From Thermodesulfobacteriota bacterium (GTDB lineage Bacteria; Desulfobacterota; Desulfobacteria; Desulfobacterales; C00003060), in contig JAXHVD010000031.1 in the NCBI GenBank assembly GCA_034189385.1, positions 1-31,406 of the forward strand: a stretch of DNA of 31,406 nt. The letters run 5' to 3'. The position numbers and the translations under genes are program-made. Below are positions 1 through 10,225 of this stretch, in pieces; within the stretch, counting starts at the first letter, position 1, and each line of letters begins with the position of its first letter. Below the pieces are notes generated by a model. It was not told the origin of the DNA. It worked only from the letters and a program-made list of their open reading frames with translations, and did not search any database.

Positions 1-63
1 CGCTTGGTGGCGCAGTTGCTGTTGGGCCTCAGTAGAAAGTTTGCGTGCATCTGTCTTTTTCAT
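1..63 (-). CDS. IS630-family transposase, N-terminal fragment (partial)
   Basis: Manual translation MKKTDARKLSTEAQQQLRHQA, open to the window edge; too short for the ORF track. Confidence 0.75.
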   Translation of the reverse strand, partial: MKKTDARKLSTEAQQQLRHQA

Positions 64-119
64 GCACGACTCTATAACATATTATCACAAACAACTCATC
101 TATTTTCTTGCCGGGTTAA
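1..119 (-). mobile_element. IS630-family insertion sequence, left end (continues beyond window)
   Basis: The minus strand reads TA|TTAACCCGGCAAG... then an ATG at 63 encoding MKKTDARKLSTEAQQQLRHQA, which resembles IS630 transposase N-termini. The junction falls at a TA dinucleotide (120-121), the IS630 target, exactly where the YD-repeat pattern of the RHS ORF stops. Confidence 0.8.
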
Positions 120-3100
120 TAGCTCATAGGTGACAGTGCGATCGTCCGGATAAGTCATGCCGGTCAGGATGCCTGCCCTATCATAGGCGTACCCTGCGGT
201 ATAAGTCACACCATCAATGATCTTTACCTTTGTGATAAGGTTGCCCAGTGCGTCATAGGTGTAGGTGTAAGACCCGCTGGGGTCGGTCATGGCTGTGAGC
301 AGGCCCTTGCCGTTCGCCCCCTGATCATAGGTGTAGGTTATATCCTGAGCCGAATCTGGGAAGTGAACCCCGGTCAGACGGCCTAAAGCATCATAGGTGT
401 ATGTGACGGTGATACCGTTTGCAAAGGTCTTTGAGACAAGGTTTCCTGCGGCATCATAGGTATAATCCGTGGTGCCGGTGTCCGGAGATACGGTTCGCAA
501 AAGTCTTCCCATGTCATCATAGGTGTATGAGGTGGAATGGTCTTCCGCATCTGTTACCTGGGCCAGATTCCCGTGGGCGTCATAGGCATATTTGGTGACC
601 ACAGCACCAGGCTGCTCCACTTGTGTCAAACGGCTGAAGTGATCATAGGCGTATGTGGTGGTTCGGCTCAGGGCGTCTGTGATTGACGTCCTATTGCCCA
701 TGCCGTCGTATGCGTAGACTATTTCGCTGTCGTCAGGATAGATCTCTTTCCATAGCCTTCCAGGAGACTCGGGGTGCTGATAATCATAACGCAAATAGCG
801 GCGCCTCGTGTCTCCTGCATCATAAGCAGAATCCTCTATGCGGTTTCCTTGTGCGTCATAGGCATATCGAAGAGAGTTCCCTGCTGGATCGCTTATCCGA
901 GTAAGGCGGCCGTAGGTGGTATCATAGGTGAAGGTGGACGTCCTTGATTCTGCATCTGTCGTTGACTGCAGGTCCCCTGCCAGCGTGTAAGTCTGGCTGG
1001 TCACCACACCGTTTCTATTAGTGGAAAGCACCCTGTTGCGTCCATCATAGGTATAGGTGGTTTGCACGCCATTGATGTCCGTAACGGTTCCCACATTGCC
1101 GGCCGCGTCGTAATTGGCATATGTACTCGTACCCACTACAGGAAGGGTGACAGAAAGTAGGTCTCCGGTTGTTGGATCATAGGAATAAGTAATCATATCC
1201 TGGCTGCCTGAAAGGGGACCATCCACACACAGGACCTGTCCCTTGCTGTTATAATGATAGGTGGTGATGTATTCATAAGACACAATGGCGCCAGTGTTGT
1301 CTCTTGTGTAGCCCCGCTCGATCTGGCGGCTTAAGAGGCGGGTGGGATTTTCATTGGCGTCTGCGTCATAGTCATTGTCATAGTCCCATATGGTTTCCTT
1401 GTTTTCCTGGCCCAGTGTCGAGACCTCGATCTGGGTAAGCTTCTGATCGGTATCAGGGTGATAAGTGTAAAGGATGGTGCGCTGTTCCAGTGTTCCTACG
1501 TCCAAGGTCACGGTTTGCGGATTTCCTCTGCCATCAAAATTATCGTACTGATGAATGGCGCCATTGGCATACTCTTCCTCGATTACATTTAACATGCCAT
1601 CGTAGGAATAACGGATCGGCCTGGTACCGCAGTTTGAACAGCCCCCCGGTTCAGTGATACTCACAACCCGTTTATGTCCATCGTAGCCCTCAATGGCGTA
1701 TGTGCGCGTGACACCGTATACATCTGTAACTACAATGCTCCTGTCGCCCACGTAATTGATGCTGACCCCTCGACCATCTCGGGTGAAACTTTGATAGGCC
1801 CGATCGTCGGTGTCATAGGTCCAACTGCTTAGCAGGTGCCCCAGCTTGTCCCTCTTTTCTGTGAGATTATCATTGGAATCATAGTCATAGGAAAACCCAG
1901 ACCCGTCAGCGTACGTGACGGAGATAAGGTTACTGTCTGCGTCATAGGCATATTGCACCCAGATGCCGTCTGGAACAACCTCTGTGACAGGGCCTGAGAT
2001 GTGGGATAAGCGATTGTCGCCATCGTAATGAAAGGTAAGGATTCTCCCACTTGCTTCGTCCGTGACGGTCTGCAGGCGATGTTGCCCGTCATAGGCAAGG
2101 GTCTGACGATTTCCAAGAGGGTCTTCGATCAATTCCAGTACGCCAACCTGATCGGTGAATCGGTACTTGGAACCGTCCAGGCGGTACCAGGTCCAACCGC
2201 CGTCTTCAAACATGAGATGGCTCGGCTCCTTAAAGGCCCCATCCCAGCGAGAATCTTCATCAAGGTCCAGAAAATAGAACTGACGGCCTGTTTCATCCAC
2301 GATGGTCATGTAGACTATTGGGAACCCCTCAGGGTTAGCGCACACCGGTTCAAGGCGAATATCATAGCCATAGCGCCAGCCACTCTGAACGTCAACGAGT
2401 CCGGTCTTTGCTCTGCTGTTATAGAACCGACTGAAGGTTAACTGCCTTTGGTACGCAGAGGGAAAACGGAGGTCTTCCTGTTTTTCGAAATTGTTGCCGT
2501 TGTAAAGGGTGATGGGGTCTCCTACGTTGCCTGGATCACATTCGTCCCAGTCGTCGGGAGGGGGGACTTCCGGTTCTGGTAGTGCGGGACAGCATTCGTA
2601 TGTGTAGTAGTAGGGATAGAATTCCATTTGCTCCGCAGCCAAGTCACATGAATTGTCGCAATCGTCCGGTATGTATGAGCGCTTGCAACAGACAAGATAG
2701 GCTAATGGACCATAGAAAACCGATCCATCACAGTTAATTCCCATGAGTCCGTGACAGCACGCCTCACTTTGCTTGGGATTACATCTGTTTGGATCTATTG
2801 GACAGATAGTCTCGCAGATTACGTGGGGCGTTGACGCGTAATCTGGATTATAAAAACCGATTCGGATCTCTCCTGTTCCACCTTCCCCATCAGTCACCGT
2901 TACAGTAGTCGGGGGACAATCCCAGGGTGCAGTGAAGTGCACGGTAGTTCCCGTTGTGCCACCCAAAGACCCTCCTCCGCCACTCGCAGTCCAGGTGTAC
3001 TGTGTATCTGTTCTATGATTCCAGACCTGTATCTGCTGATTCGTTCCGAAGGCCATATTTCGGTATCCCATAATAACGGGGTCCCAGTCAGCCAGCACCG

Positions 3101-3191
3101 GTGGGGAGCCGAAAGAACTCACAGCAAGGCATAAGAGAATGACACGAACGAGAAGGGAGAGGCAATATCTCTTCTTTAAGCAATTCATCAT
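96..3191 (-). pseudogene. Secreted RHS/YD-repeat protein with DUF6531-like domain, C-terminally interrupted by IS630
   Basis: GGGAGG RBS precedes the ATG at 3191. The protein has a Sec-type signal peptide, a Cys-rich N-region, a DUF6531-like block (VGDPITLYNGN...FSRFYNS...GWRYGY) and many YxYDxxGxL repeats. The RHS core end (PxxxxDPxG) and toxin tip are missing; the last residues (LTRQENR) come from the IS end. Confidence 0.9.
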
Positions 3192-4337
3192 ACACCTCCC
3201 AAATGGCAAGCTTATCTCTTGGTGCCAATGGCTGGGCAATCCTTTCCAATGTGAATGCTGCATCCGCAGTCTACGAGAATCTGAACCATTACTTGAGGCC
3301 GTGGTGGAACTGCCTTTTTCGTCTCAGGAGAGGCGTTTGTTAGGCCGCCGTGCATCAGTTGTTCCGATGCTCTTTAACCTGGCCAAGTTGTTGCCCATTT
3401 AAGGCCATGCCTCTGCTCCCGATTCCTTGGGTCATCGAATTGCATCGAGGCACGCATGGATCGTCATAACTCCATACTGATGCCATCATTCCAGAGGCAG
3501 ATGACCCCTTGGTCACTGAGAAGAACCACTTGCAGGTTACTCTCCGGTCTCGGTGCTTTCATTTGGTGCGGTAGAGAGGGGGGGTATTTTCAGTTAGACA
3601 AGGTTTCCAGAAGCCACTTCTGCGATGTTCGGACTTGCTTCAAACGTCCGCACCCAAACTGGGCTCAACTTCAAAACCTGGAAATGAAGTCCTCCAATTC
3701 GGCCTATACAGGACCGGAGGCGAGCTGACAATCCCCTAAAGTGACCATTTTCTGACGCAAAAACTAACGATGCTTTGTGCAAAAACTACCTATGGTATCT
3801 TTTGCGACATCGTCAATTATCCGAAGTAACAAACAAATTTTTGTGTGTTGGTCCTGAATCGTCACACATCATGAAATGGAAAAACGGCACTTTTTTTTCT
3901 GGCTTGAGGTGGTTTTGGCAAAGAAAGAGTGGGATCCGGGCATTTTTCACGGGGGAGGGGGTGCATCTGAGGGAAGAAGGCCGGTGTTTTTCTGTGAGGA
4001 GGACGTAGAACATTGAACAAGGAATGCCGCATGTCGAAAGCGGGAACTGCTTCTTGGTGGAAGGAGGAGGTTGGGGGACCTGATTCCCCAAGTCGCTCTC
4101 TTGGGAAAGAAGTATAAGGTGCGAATATTCTTGACTTAAGCAGCAGTCTTATAATATAGAACGCAGGCTGGGTGGATGCACCCTTGCCTGGATCTGGCCC
4201 ACCAGGCCTTAAACCCCCAGCGCGTGAATCATTTGCTGAGATTGATGAAGAAGTAGCGATCATCAAACGCATTTTTCCAACCCGGACTTTTGCGAGACTG
4301 TCATTGTAGCAAGAATAGGAAAGGGGATGACGTCAGG

Positions 4338-4994
4338 GTGGATCTATCAGGCATTAGAGTAGTGATATTTGATGTGAACGGAGTGTTGATCGACTCCAAT
4401 GCGGCCAACGCTCAGGCCATGGCACAGGCCTTTACGGACGACCCTGTCTTGCAGAAAGCCATCGCTTCCCACTATCTTACCCTTACTGGAGTGGACCGAG
4501 GGAGCAAGATACGGATCATCCAGGAACAGGTCATGGGAGCCCCCTTCAAGGAAAAGGAATTTGAGCTTCGCTGGGAAAGGTTCAAGGCCCTTGCCCATGA
4601 GTCCATGGAAAAGGCCCCTCTTATTGCCGGGTGTAAAGAGCTCTTGACTGAACTCGGCAAAGGGGGCATCACCCGTGTGGCGCTTTCAAACACGCCGCTC
4701 GAGGAGCTCGAGGAGATCTTGGCTGCCCATGACATTCAGTCTCTCTTGGATGTGATACGCGGCGGCGGGGATTGGCCGAAATCAGAGTCTTTGGTCCGAC
4801 TTCTGGATGAATTCCAGTTTCAAGGTGATGAATGTGTCTTTTGCGGCGACGGCAAAAAGGATCTGGCAGCGGCCAGGTCGGCTGGGCTGTCATTTGTTGC
4901 CATTGATCCTGGTATAGGGGAATTCGAAGGCGAGGAAGGATTCCACGGCCCCTATAGAGACCTCGCTGAATGGCGGAAGAAGGCGTGGGGTTAG
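4338..4994 (+). CDS. HAD-superfamily hydrolase (phosphoglycolate-phosphatase-like)
   Basis: Motif I FDVNGVLIDS, motif II LSNT, motif III PKS, motif IV GDGKKD. GTG start chosen after an AAGGGG RBS; the start is uncertain. Confidence 0.85.
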   Translation: MDLSGIRVVIFDVNGVLIDSNAANAQAMAQAFTDDPVLQKAIASHYLTLTGVDRGSKIRIIQEQVMGAPFKEKEFELRWERFKALAHESMEKAPLIAGCKELLTELGKGGITRVALSNTPLEELEEILAAHDIQSLLDVIRGGGDWPKSESLVRLLDEFQFQGDECVFCGDGKKDLAAARSAGLSFVAIDPGIGEFEGEEGFHGPYRDLAEWRKKAWG

Positions 4995-5108
4995 AAAAAG
5001 AGGATCATCTCCGCAGACGCTGGAGTGATCCTGAGGGCTCAATCCTTGGACCCTCTTCTCCAACTGAATTGGAACAGTATCAGAATAGCTAAGAGAAAGG
5101 CCTTGGCC

Positions 5109-6020
5109 GTGCAGTATGTCGTGGAAGCAGAGGAGTTGAGCAAGTCATTCGGCAACCTCGTGGCCGTGAACGGGATCTCCTTTCACGTGCTGCCTGGCGA
5201 GTGTTTCGGCATACTGGGCCCTAACGGAGCGGGCAAGACCACCACCATTCGCATGGTATACGGCTTTTCTCCCATGACGGCCGGCAGCCTCAAGGTCTTC
5301 GGCCTGGACATGACGGAACAGTGGCGGGCCATCAAGGCCCGTATCGGTGTGTGCCAGCAGGAGAACAACCTGGACCCTGATCTCACCGTTGAGCAGAACC
5401 TGGAAGTGTTTGCCCGGTATTTTGACATTCCCAAGAAGGCTGCCCGCCAGCGGGCAGAAGAGCTCCTTGCATTCATTGCCTTAAGCCATCGACGAGACGC
5501 CAAGGTGACGGAACTCTCAGGGGGCATGATGCGGCGGTTGGTCCTGGCCCGCGCCCTTATCAATGATCCAGATTTATTGATCCTGGATGAGCCCACTACA
5601 GGACTGGACCCCCAATCTCGGCACCAGGTTTGGGAACGGCTGGATGCGCTGAAGGCAAAAGGCCTCTCGAGCCTGCTTACCACCCACTACATGGATGAAG
5701 CCTCTCGCCTGTGCGATCGTCTCGTGATCATGGATCAAGGCAAGATCCTGGTCCAGGGAAAGCCAGCAGAGCTCATCAATGAGTATGTGGGCCAAAATGT
5801 GATAGAGGTGGAAGAACCCCCCAGAGCCCTTACAGCATTCGTGCATGCGGAAGATGTGAGGCATGAAGATTTGGGCCACAGGCTCATCATTTATGGCGAG
5901 GAGAGTGATAGGCTCTTTCAGGTGATTACTGGTGAATACTGCCATGAGGGCTGCCTTCTGCGCATGGCCACCCTGGAAGATGTCTTCTTGAAACTGACCG
6001 GGAGAGGGCTTCGGGAATGA
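5109..6020 (+). CDS. ABC-2 exporter ATP-binding subunit (NodI-like)
   Basis: Walker A GPNGAGKT, signature LSGGM, Walker B LILDEPTTGLDP, H-loop TTHYMDEA, C-terminal TLEDVFLKLTGRGLRE. GTG start at 5109 is inferred. Confidence 0.93.
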   Translation: MQYVVEAEELSKSFGNLVAVNGISFHVLPGECFGILGPNGAGKTTTIRMVYGFSPMTAGSLKVFGLDMTEQWRAIKARIGVCQQENNLDPDLTVEQNLEVFARYFDIPKKAARQRAEELLAFIALSHRRDAKVTELSGGMMRRLVLARALINDPDLLILDEPTTGLDPQSRHQVWERLDALKAKGLSSLLTTHYMDEASRLCDRLVIMDQGKILVQGKPAELINEYVGQNVIEVEEPPRALTAFVHAEDVRHEDLGHRLIIYGEESDRLFQVITGEYCHEGCLLRMATLEDVFLKLTGRGLRE

Positions 6021-6808
6021 GTGTCAGGGCATCGGGACGCATCTCCAAACGGTTCATCAGGGTCTGGCAGCGAAACCTGACCGTATACCAGAAGCTCTGG
6101 AAGGTCACCTTTGTCCCTCCCTTGCTGGAACCCCTTTTTTATTTGGCGGCCTTTGGGGTGGGATTAAGCGTCCTGGTGGGGGACCTCCAATATCAGGGCT
6201 TCACGGTGTCTTATGTGGCCTTCATTGCCCCTGCCTTGATTGCAGTGAACATCATGTACAACGCCTTCTTTGAAAACACCTATGCCTCTTTTGTGCGGAT
6301 GTATTATCAGAAGACCTTTGATGCCATGATGGCGACGCCCCTTTCCCTAGAAGAGATCATGACAGCTGAGATCATCTGGGGCGCCACACGGGCCGTCATG
6401 GCCACGGTCATCATGGCGGCCGTGATCAGCCTATTCGGTCTTATCCAATATCCAGGGGGCCTGCTGATCATCCCTCTGGCCTTTTTGGGCGGCATCGCCT
6501 TTGGAGCCATCGCCCTCTTTTTTACCGGCACCGTGAAGGCCATAGAGATGTTTAGTCTGCCCATTTTCTTGTTCATCACCCCCATGTTTCTCTTTGGGGG
6601 AACGTTCTTCCCTCTTGAGAATCTTCCTCTCTGGGCCCAGAAGGTCGCCTTTGTCTTTCCGCTGACCCACCTCGTGAAACTCGCACGGGCCTTTTGCTTC
6701 AATGCCATGGACTACAGCCTCCTTTGGAACGTGACCTACCTGTTGGTCTTTTGCGCGGTCTTTTTCCCCCTGGCCATTGCCAAAATGCGCCGGCGCTTGA
6801 TCAAATAG
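6017..6808 (+). CDS. ABC-2 exporter permease (NodJ-like)
   Basis: About six TM helices; motifs LLEPLFYL, YVAFIAP, ATPLS, TPMFLFGGTFFP; ATGA overlap with the ATPase gene. Confidence 0.92.
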   Translation: MSVRASGRISKRFIRVWQRNLTVYQKLWKVTFVPPLLEPLFYLAAFGVGLSVLVGDLQYQGFTVSYVAFIAPALIAVNIMYNAFFENTYASFVRMYYQKTFDAMMATPLSLEEIMTAEIIWGATRAVMATVIMAAVISLFGLIQYPGGLLIIPLAFLGGIAFGAIALFFTGTVKAIEMFSLPIFLFITPMFLFGGTFFPLENLPLWAQKVAFVFPLTHLVKLARAFCFNAMDYSLLWNVTYLLVFCAVFFPLAIAKMRRRLIK

Positions 6809-6978
6809 ATGACATCGCAACCAGCAAGAAGGGCATACACATGGGCCGAGCCAAACTTGTTGAGGCCCTTGTCCTGTTTCTTGTCCTTCCTTCTTGTCTC
6901 TGGTCGGTAGCGGGCAAGGTTTGGCTTTCCGAAAAAAGCCTGACAAGCACGCATACATTGTGGACGACGTCTCTGTCA

Positions 6979-7800
6979 TCAAGGCTTGGCGCACTCAGTG
7001 CGCAGCGCCCTTGCCACTTTGCCCAGGTTAAAGGAAAGGCCCATGTCTGACGTGAACTCCCTGGCTGAGGCGACCAAGGCCTCACGCTCCGGCATGGTCT
7101 CAGAGGCCCTGCCCAAGAGGACCAAGTTAAAACCATCGGCGGTTCGGATGCAGGCAGTTTCGGCAAAAGCCCCGCGAAACCGATGCTCGATGAGCCTTTC
7201 TCGATCCCCCTCGTCCCAGACATTAAGGACTGCCACGCCGCCAGAGGTGAGTTTGGACCGGACCGCCTCAAAGAACTTGTGACTTGCCAGGTGGTCGGGT
7301 GTGCTCTTGCCAGTATGGGCATCAAGCATGATGAGGTCATAGGAATGGGGGGTTTGCTCAATGAAGGCAGCGCCGTCTTCCACGTGGATACGAAAACGCC
7401 CGTCTTCTTCCACGCCGAACCATTCTCTTGCCGCCCGAACGACCACCGGGTCTATCTCCACGGCGTCGATCCACAAGGCGGGATCGTGCCGCCTCAGGAG
7501 TGTGGTAAAGGTACCTGCCCCCAGACCGATCATGAGGACGCGCTCCGGTTTCGGTGCTATGAGCATACCGAGTAGGCTAAAGCGGATATACTCCATGGGG
7601 ACTGCGTTGGGGTCTGAGAGGGAGATGGTCCCTTGGTTTCCGCTATCCGGAGAACCGAATCGGAGGTGGCGCCTGTCGCCTTCGTCCACCACCAGGACGC
7701 GGCCGAAGGCAGAGCGCTTGTCAAAGCGGATCTCCCGGGACGACTTGCCTTCACATCCGAAGACAAAAAAGATCAGGAGATATGGCAAGAACCGTGGCAT
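6979..7800 (-). CDS. Spermidine-synthase-like SAM-dependent methyltransferase, putative lipoprotein
   Basis: VLMIGLGAG, VEIDPVV, DGAAFI, YDLIMLDA motifs; N-terminal hydrophobic stretch with lipobox VFGC. Confidence 0.85.
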   Translation of the reverse strand: MPRFLPYLLIFFVFGCEGKSSREIRFDKRSAFGRVLVVDEGDRRHLRFGSPDSGNQGTISLSDPNAVPMEYIRFSLLGMLIAPKPERVLMIGLGAGTFTTLLRRHDPALWIDAVEIDPVVVRAAREWFGVEEDGRFRIHVEDGAAFIEQTPHSYDLIMLDAHTGKSTPDHLASHKFFEAVRSKLTSGGVAVLNVWDEGDRERLIEHRFRGAFAETACIRTADGFNLVLLGRASETMPEREALVASAREFTSDMGLSFNLGKVARALRTECAKP

Positions 7801-7850
7801 TGAGCAAACATTCAGAAGCCCTTTCCCTGCGGCAGCAGGATGTAAGCTTC

Positions 7851-7879
7851 AGCTGAATCCTCCTCTTAAGGATTCAGCT
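7851..7879. repeat. Perfect inverted repeat (hairpin)
   Basis: AGCTGAATCCT-cctctta-AGGATTCAGCT, an 11-bp stem upstream of the methyltransferase gene. Confidence 0.6.
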
Positions 7880-8038
7880 CAAAAACTCAGGGACTCTGCA
7901 GTCTCTGCGAGAGAGTCGAAAACGAGGCTTCTTGTGAACAGAGACTAGCAGGAAGGGGAAATGGTTGTCAAAGGAGGGTTCTTGATATGCTGCCGGCACT
8001 CTTTCCTAGGCTAGCCGAAAGCGCTATCCAAAAGAAAC

Positions 8039-8071
8039 TTGCGTCCCATTCCCATATCCTTTACAATGTAA
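8039..8071 (+). promoter_or_regulatory. Sigma70-type promoter and palindromic operator of the TA operon
   Basis: TTGCGT (8039-8044), 17-nt spacer, TACAAT (8062-8067). The palindrome TTACA-A-TGTAA overlaps the -10 box, as expected for RHH antitoxin autorepression. Confidence 0.6.
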
Positions 8072-8098
8072 TACAAACACATACACTGGAGGCATTGT

Positions 8099-8317
8099 AT
8101 GAGCACGGCTATATCTGTAAGAATCCCCGAAAAAATGGCGGAAAAACTATCTGAAATTGCAAAAGAAACAGAACGGTCCAAGTCTTTTCATATCCAAAAA
8201 GCCTTGGAAGCCTATCTGGCTGAACTGGCAGATCTCCAAGTCGCTTATGATCGTCTTCACGATACCGCTGATCCGGTCATTTCCAGCAAAGACATGAGAA
8301 AAGAACTTGGGCTATAA
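8099..8317 (+). CDS. Ribbon-helix-helix antitoxin (RelB/CopG-like)
   Basis: MSTAISVRIP...LSEIAKETERSKSFHIQKALEAYL RHH pattern; GGAGG RBS; overlaps the downstream toxin gene. Confidence 0.88.
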   Translation: MSTAISVRIPEKMAEKLSEIAKETERSKSFHIQKALEAYLAELADLQVAYDRLHDTADPVISSKDMRKELGL

Positions 8318-8558
8318 GATTGCTTTCAAGGCCTCGGTGGCCCGTGATCTGAAGAAAGTCGACAGAGATCAGGCCAAAAGGATTCTGGCAAGGGTAGAGG
8401 AGGAGCTGCCGGAAAAGGCAGAGGCGCTCCCAACCTTAAAAGGTCAGTTTTCTGGTTTGAGGAAGTTTCGTGTCGGCGATTATCGGGTCATCTACACGAT
8501 CCTTGGAGACACAGCCCTGGTGCTAAGAATAGGCCACAGGAGCTCGGTGTACAGATAG
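8307..8558 (+). CDS. relE: RelE/StbE-family type II toxin
   Basis: YKIAFKASVARDLKK...LRKFRVGDYRVIY...VLRIGHRSSVYR; TTG start overlapping the antitoxin end. Confidence 0.9.
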   Translation: MGYKIAFKASVARDLKKVDRDQAKRILARVEEELPEKAEALPTLKGQFSGLRKFRVGDYRVIYTILGDTALVLRIGHRSSVYR

Positions 8559-8745
8559 TTCCCCGCCATAAACGGTCCTTTTCTGCATCCCACACGGGTT
8601 GATGTGAATCGTCCCCTCACTCCATGACCTCGTCACGTGTCACTCTGCGCTTTCAGGCGAGGAGTGAGACCAAAAGGACCCTAAGGTCTTGCTAATCCAC
8701 AGTTACGCACAGTCTGTCGACAAACCATTACGATATATTTACAAT

Positions 8746-10017
8746 CATTAGTGTCCGGTTAAGTCATAAAGAATAGGCCTGAACCGAGCCTTTTGTGTTA
8801 TGGTGAGTCATTGCGTAACACACCTACACGAAAGGAGATTCAGGCCATCACTCACTGTAACACAGTTTTTCATCAATTGCTCAAGTTTATTCCTAGACAT
8901 CGTTTTAAGACTCTGGAAAAGGACTACGGCACAGGCCGAAAGGCCAGAAAATTTAGCCGCTGGAATCAGTTCGTGGCTCTCATGTTCATGCAGATAACCG
9001 GTAGAGCGAGTCTTCGCGATTCGGTTGAAAGCCTTACTGTGCGAAACGGATTCCTGTATCATCTGGGGCTCCGTGATATTTGTCGCTCCACGTTTTCGGA
9101 TGCCAACAACAGGCGACCGGCCTCCTTTTTCAGAGCCCTTTTTGATGTTACTTATCAGCAATGTCGCCCGCTGGCTCCAAAACACAAATTCAGATTCAAG
9201 AACAGACTCTATTCAATGGACGCAACCCTCGTGAGCCTGTGTTTGTCCGTATTCCCATGGGCGAGATTCCGTCGAGCCAAGGCTGGCATTAGACTCCATA
9301 CGCTACTGGACCACAGCGGATATCTGCCAGCATTTATGGAAATCTCGAATGGGAAGAAACATGAAATCCGAGTTGCTAAAAGCTTGACACTGCCAAAAGG
9401 ATCCATCGTCGCTGTGGACCGTGCCTATACTGACTACAAGTGGTTTGGTTCCTTGGTTGAGTCCGGCATCTACTTCGTCATCCGTCAAAAACGTAATGCC
9501 ACGTATCGCACCATTGAGAGAAGGGGCGTTAACAAGCGGCAAGGTTTGACATCCGATCAAACCATTCTGCTCACCGGCGTCAAGGCATCCCAGTGTCCTC
9601 ATCCTCTTCGTCGAATTGGCTACAGAGACCCTCAGAGCGGCAAGCATTACATCTTTTTAACCAAGAACTTTGCCCTGGCTGCCAAAACGATCTGCGATAT
9701 TTATAGAGAGCGCTGGCAGATTGAGCTTTTCTTCAAGTGGATCAAACAGAATCTGAGGATCAAGGCTTTTATAGGCAACTCCGAAAATGCCGTCATGACC
9801 CAGATCTACGCCGCTTTGATCACCTATTTGCTTTTGGCCTACATGAAATTCCTAACGAAGCTGAAGATGACTCTCACAGCTTTAATACGAATCCTGCAAC
9901 TGAACCTATTTCAAAGGCTCACCGTTGAGGAGTTATTTAAACTGAAACCAGACAGGCCCAATGTACATCGTGATATCAGACAGTTATCACTGGCCTTTTG
10001 CTAACCGGACAGTAATG
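8746..10017 (+). mobile_element. IS4-family insertion sequence
   Basis: Terminal inverted repeats CATTAGTGTCCGGTTA (from 8746) and TAACCGGACAGTAATG (to 10017), matching at 15/16 positions, enclose a single DDE transposase. Confidence 0.92.
8793..10004 (+). CDS. IS4-family DDE transposase (DUF4372-type N-terminus)
   Basis: Motifs MDAT, VDRAY, YRERWQIELFFKWIKQNL (YREK signature). The RBS-proximal codon is ATC at 8847; the ORF-track start is TTG at 8793. Confidence 0.93.
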   Translation: MCYGESLRNTPTRKEIQAITHCNTVFHQLLKFIPRHRFKTLEKDYGTGRKARKFSRWNQFVALMFMQITGRASLRDSVESLTVRNGFLYHLGLRDICRSTFSDANNRRPASFFRALFDVTYQQCRPLAPKHKFRFKNRLYSMDATLVSLCLSVFPWARFRRAKAGIRLHTLLDHSGYLPAFMEISNGKKHEIRVAKSLTLPKGSIVAVDRAYTDYKWFGSLVESGIYFVIRQKRNATYRTIERRGVNKRQGLTSDQTILLTGVKASQCPHPLRRIGYRDPQSGKHYIFLTKNFALAAKTICDIYRERWQIELFFKWIKQNLRIKAFIGNSENAVMTQIYAALITYLLLAYMKFLTKLKMTLTALIRILQLNLFQRLTVEELFKLKPDRPNVHRDIRQLSLAFC

Positions 10018-10053
10018 GTATGAAAGAAATATAGGTATGGGACAGATGGGAAT

Positions 10054-10137
10054 AGGCTAAAGGCGGAAGGCGCAGGGCGGAAGGAGTGAGAAGCGAGGTT
10101 TAAGGCGCAGGGCGCAAGGCCAAAGGATAAAGTGACG
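10054..10137 (+). repeat. Degenerate heptamer tandem repeat (consensus AGGCGCA)
   Basis: AGGCTAA AGGCGGA AGGCGCA GGGCGGA AGGAGTG AGAAGCG AGGTTTA AGGCGCA GGGCGCA AGGCCAA AGGATAA AGTGACG, a strict 7-nt period. Confidence 0.75.
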
Positions 10138-10225
10138 CCTGACAAGTGACGGGCGAAGAGCAAAGAACGACAACGGATGATCGAAAAAGCAAAGGGGAGG
10201 TGCAACGCATCGTACTTGTCCGATG

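Noticed and set aside
3195..3235. Sigma54 promoter upstream of RHS (TGGCAC...TTGC on the minus strand)
   Set aside because: Spacing between the GG and GC elements is too long for a -24/-12 promoter.
3325..3345. attC-like GCCTAACAAACGCCT on the minus strand upstream of RHS
   Set aside because: Only a half site; no complementary arm found.
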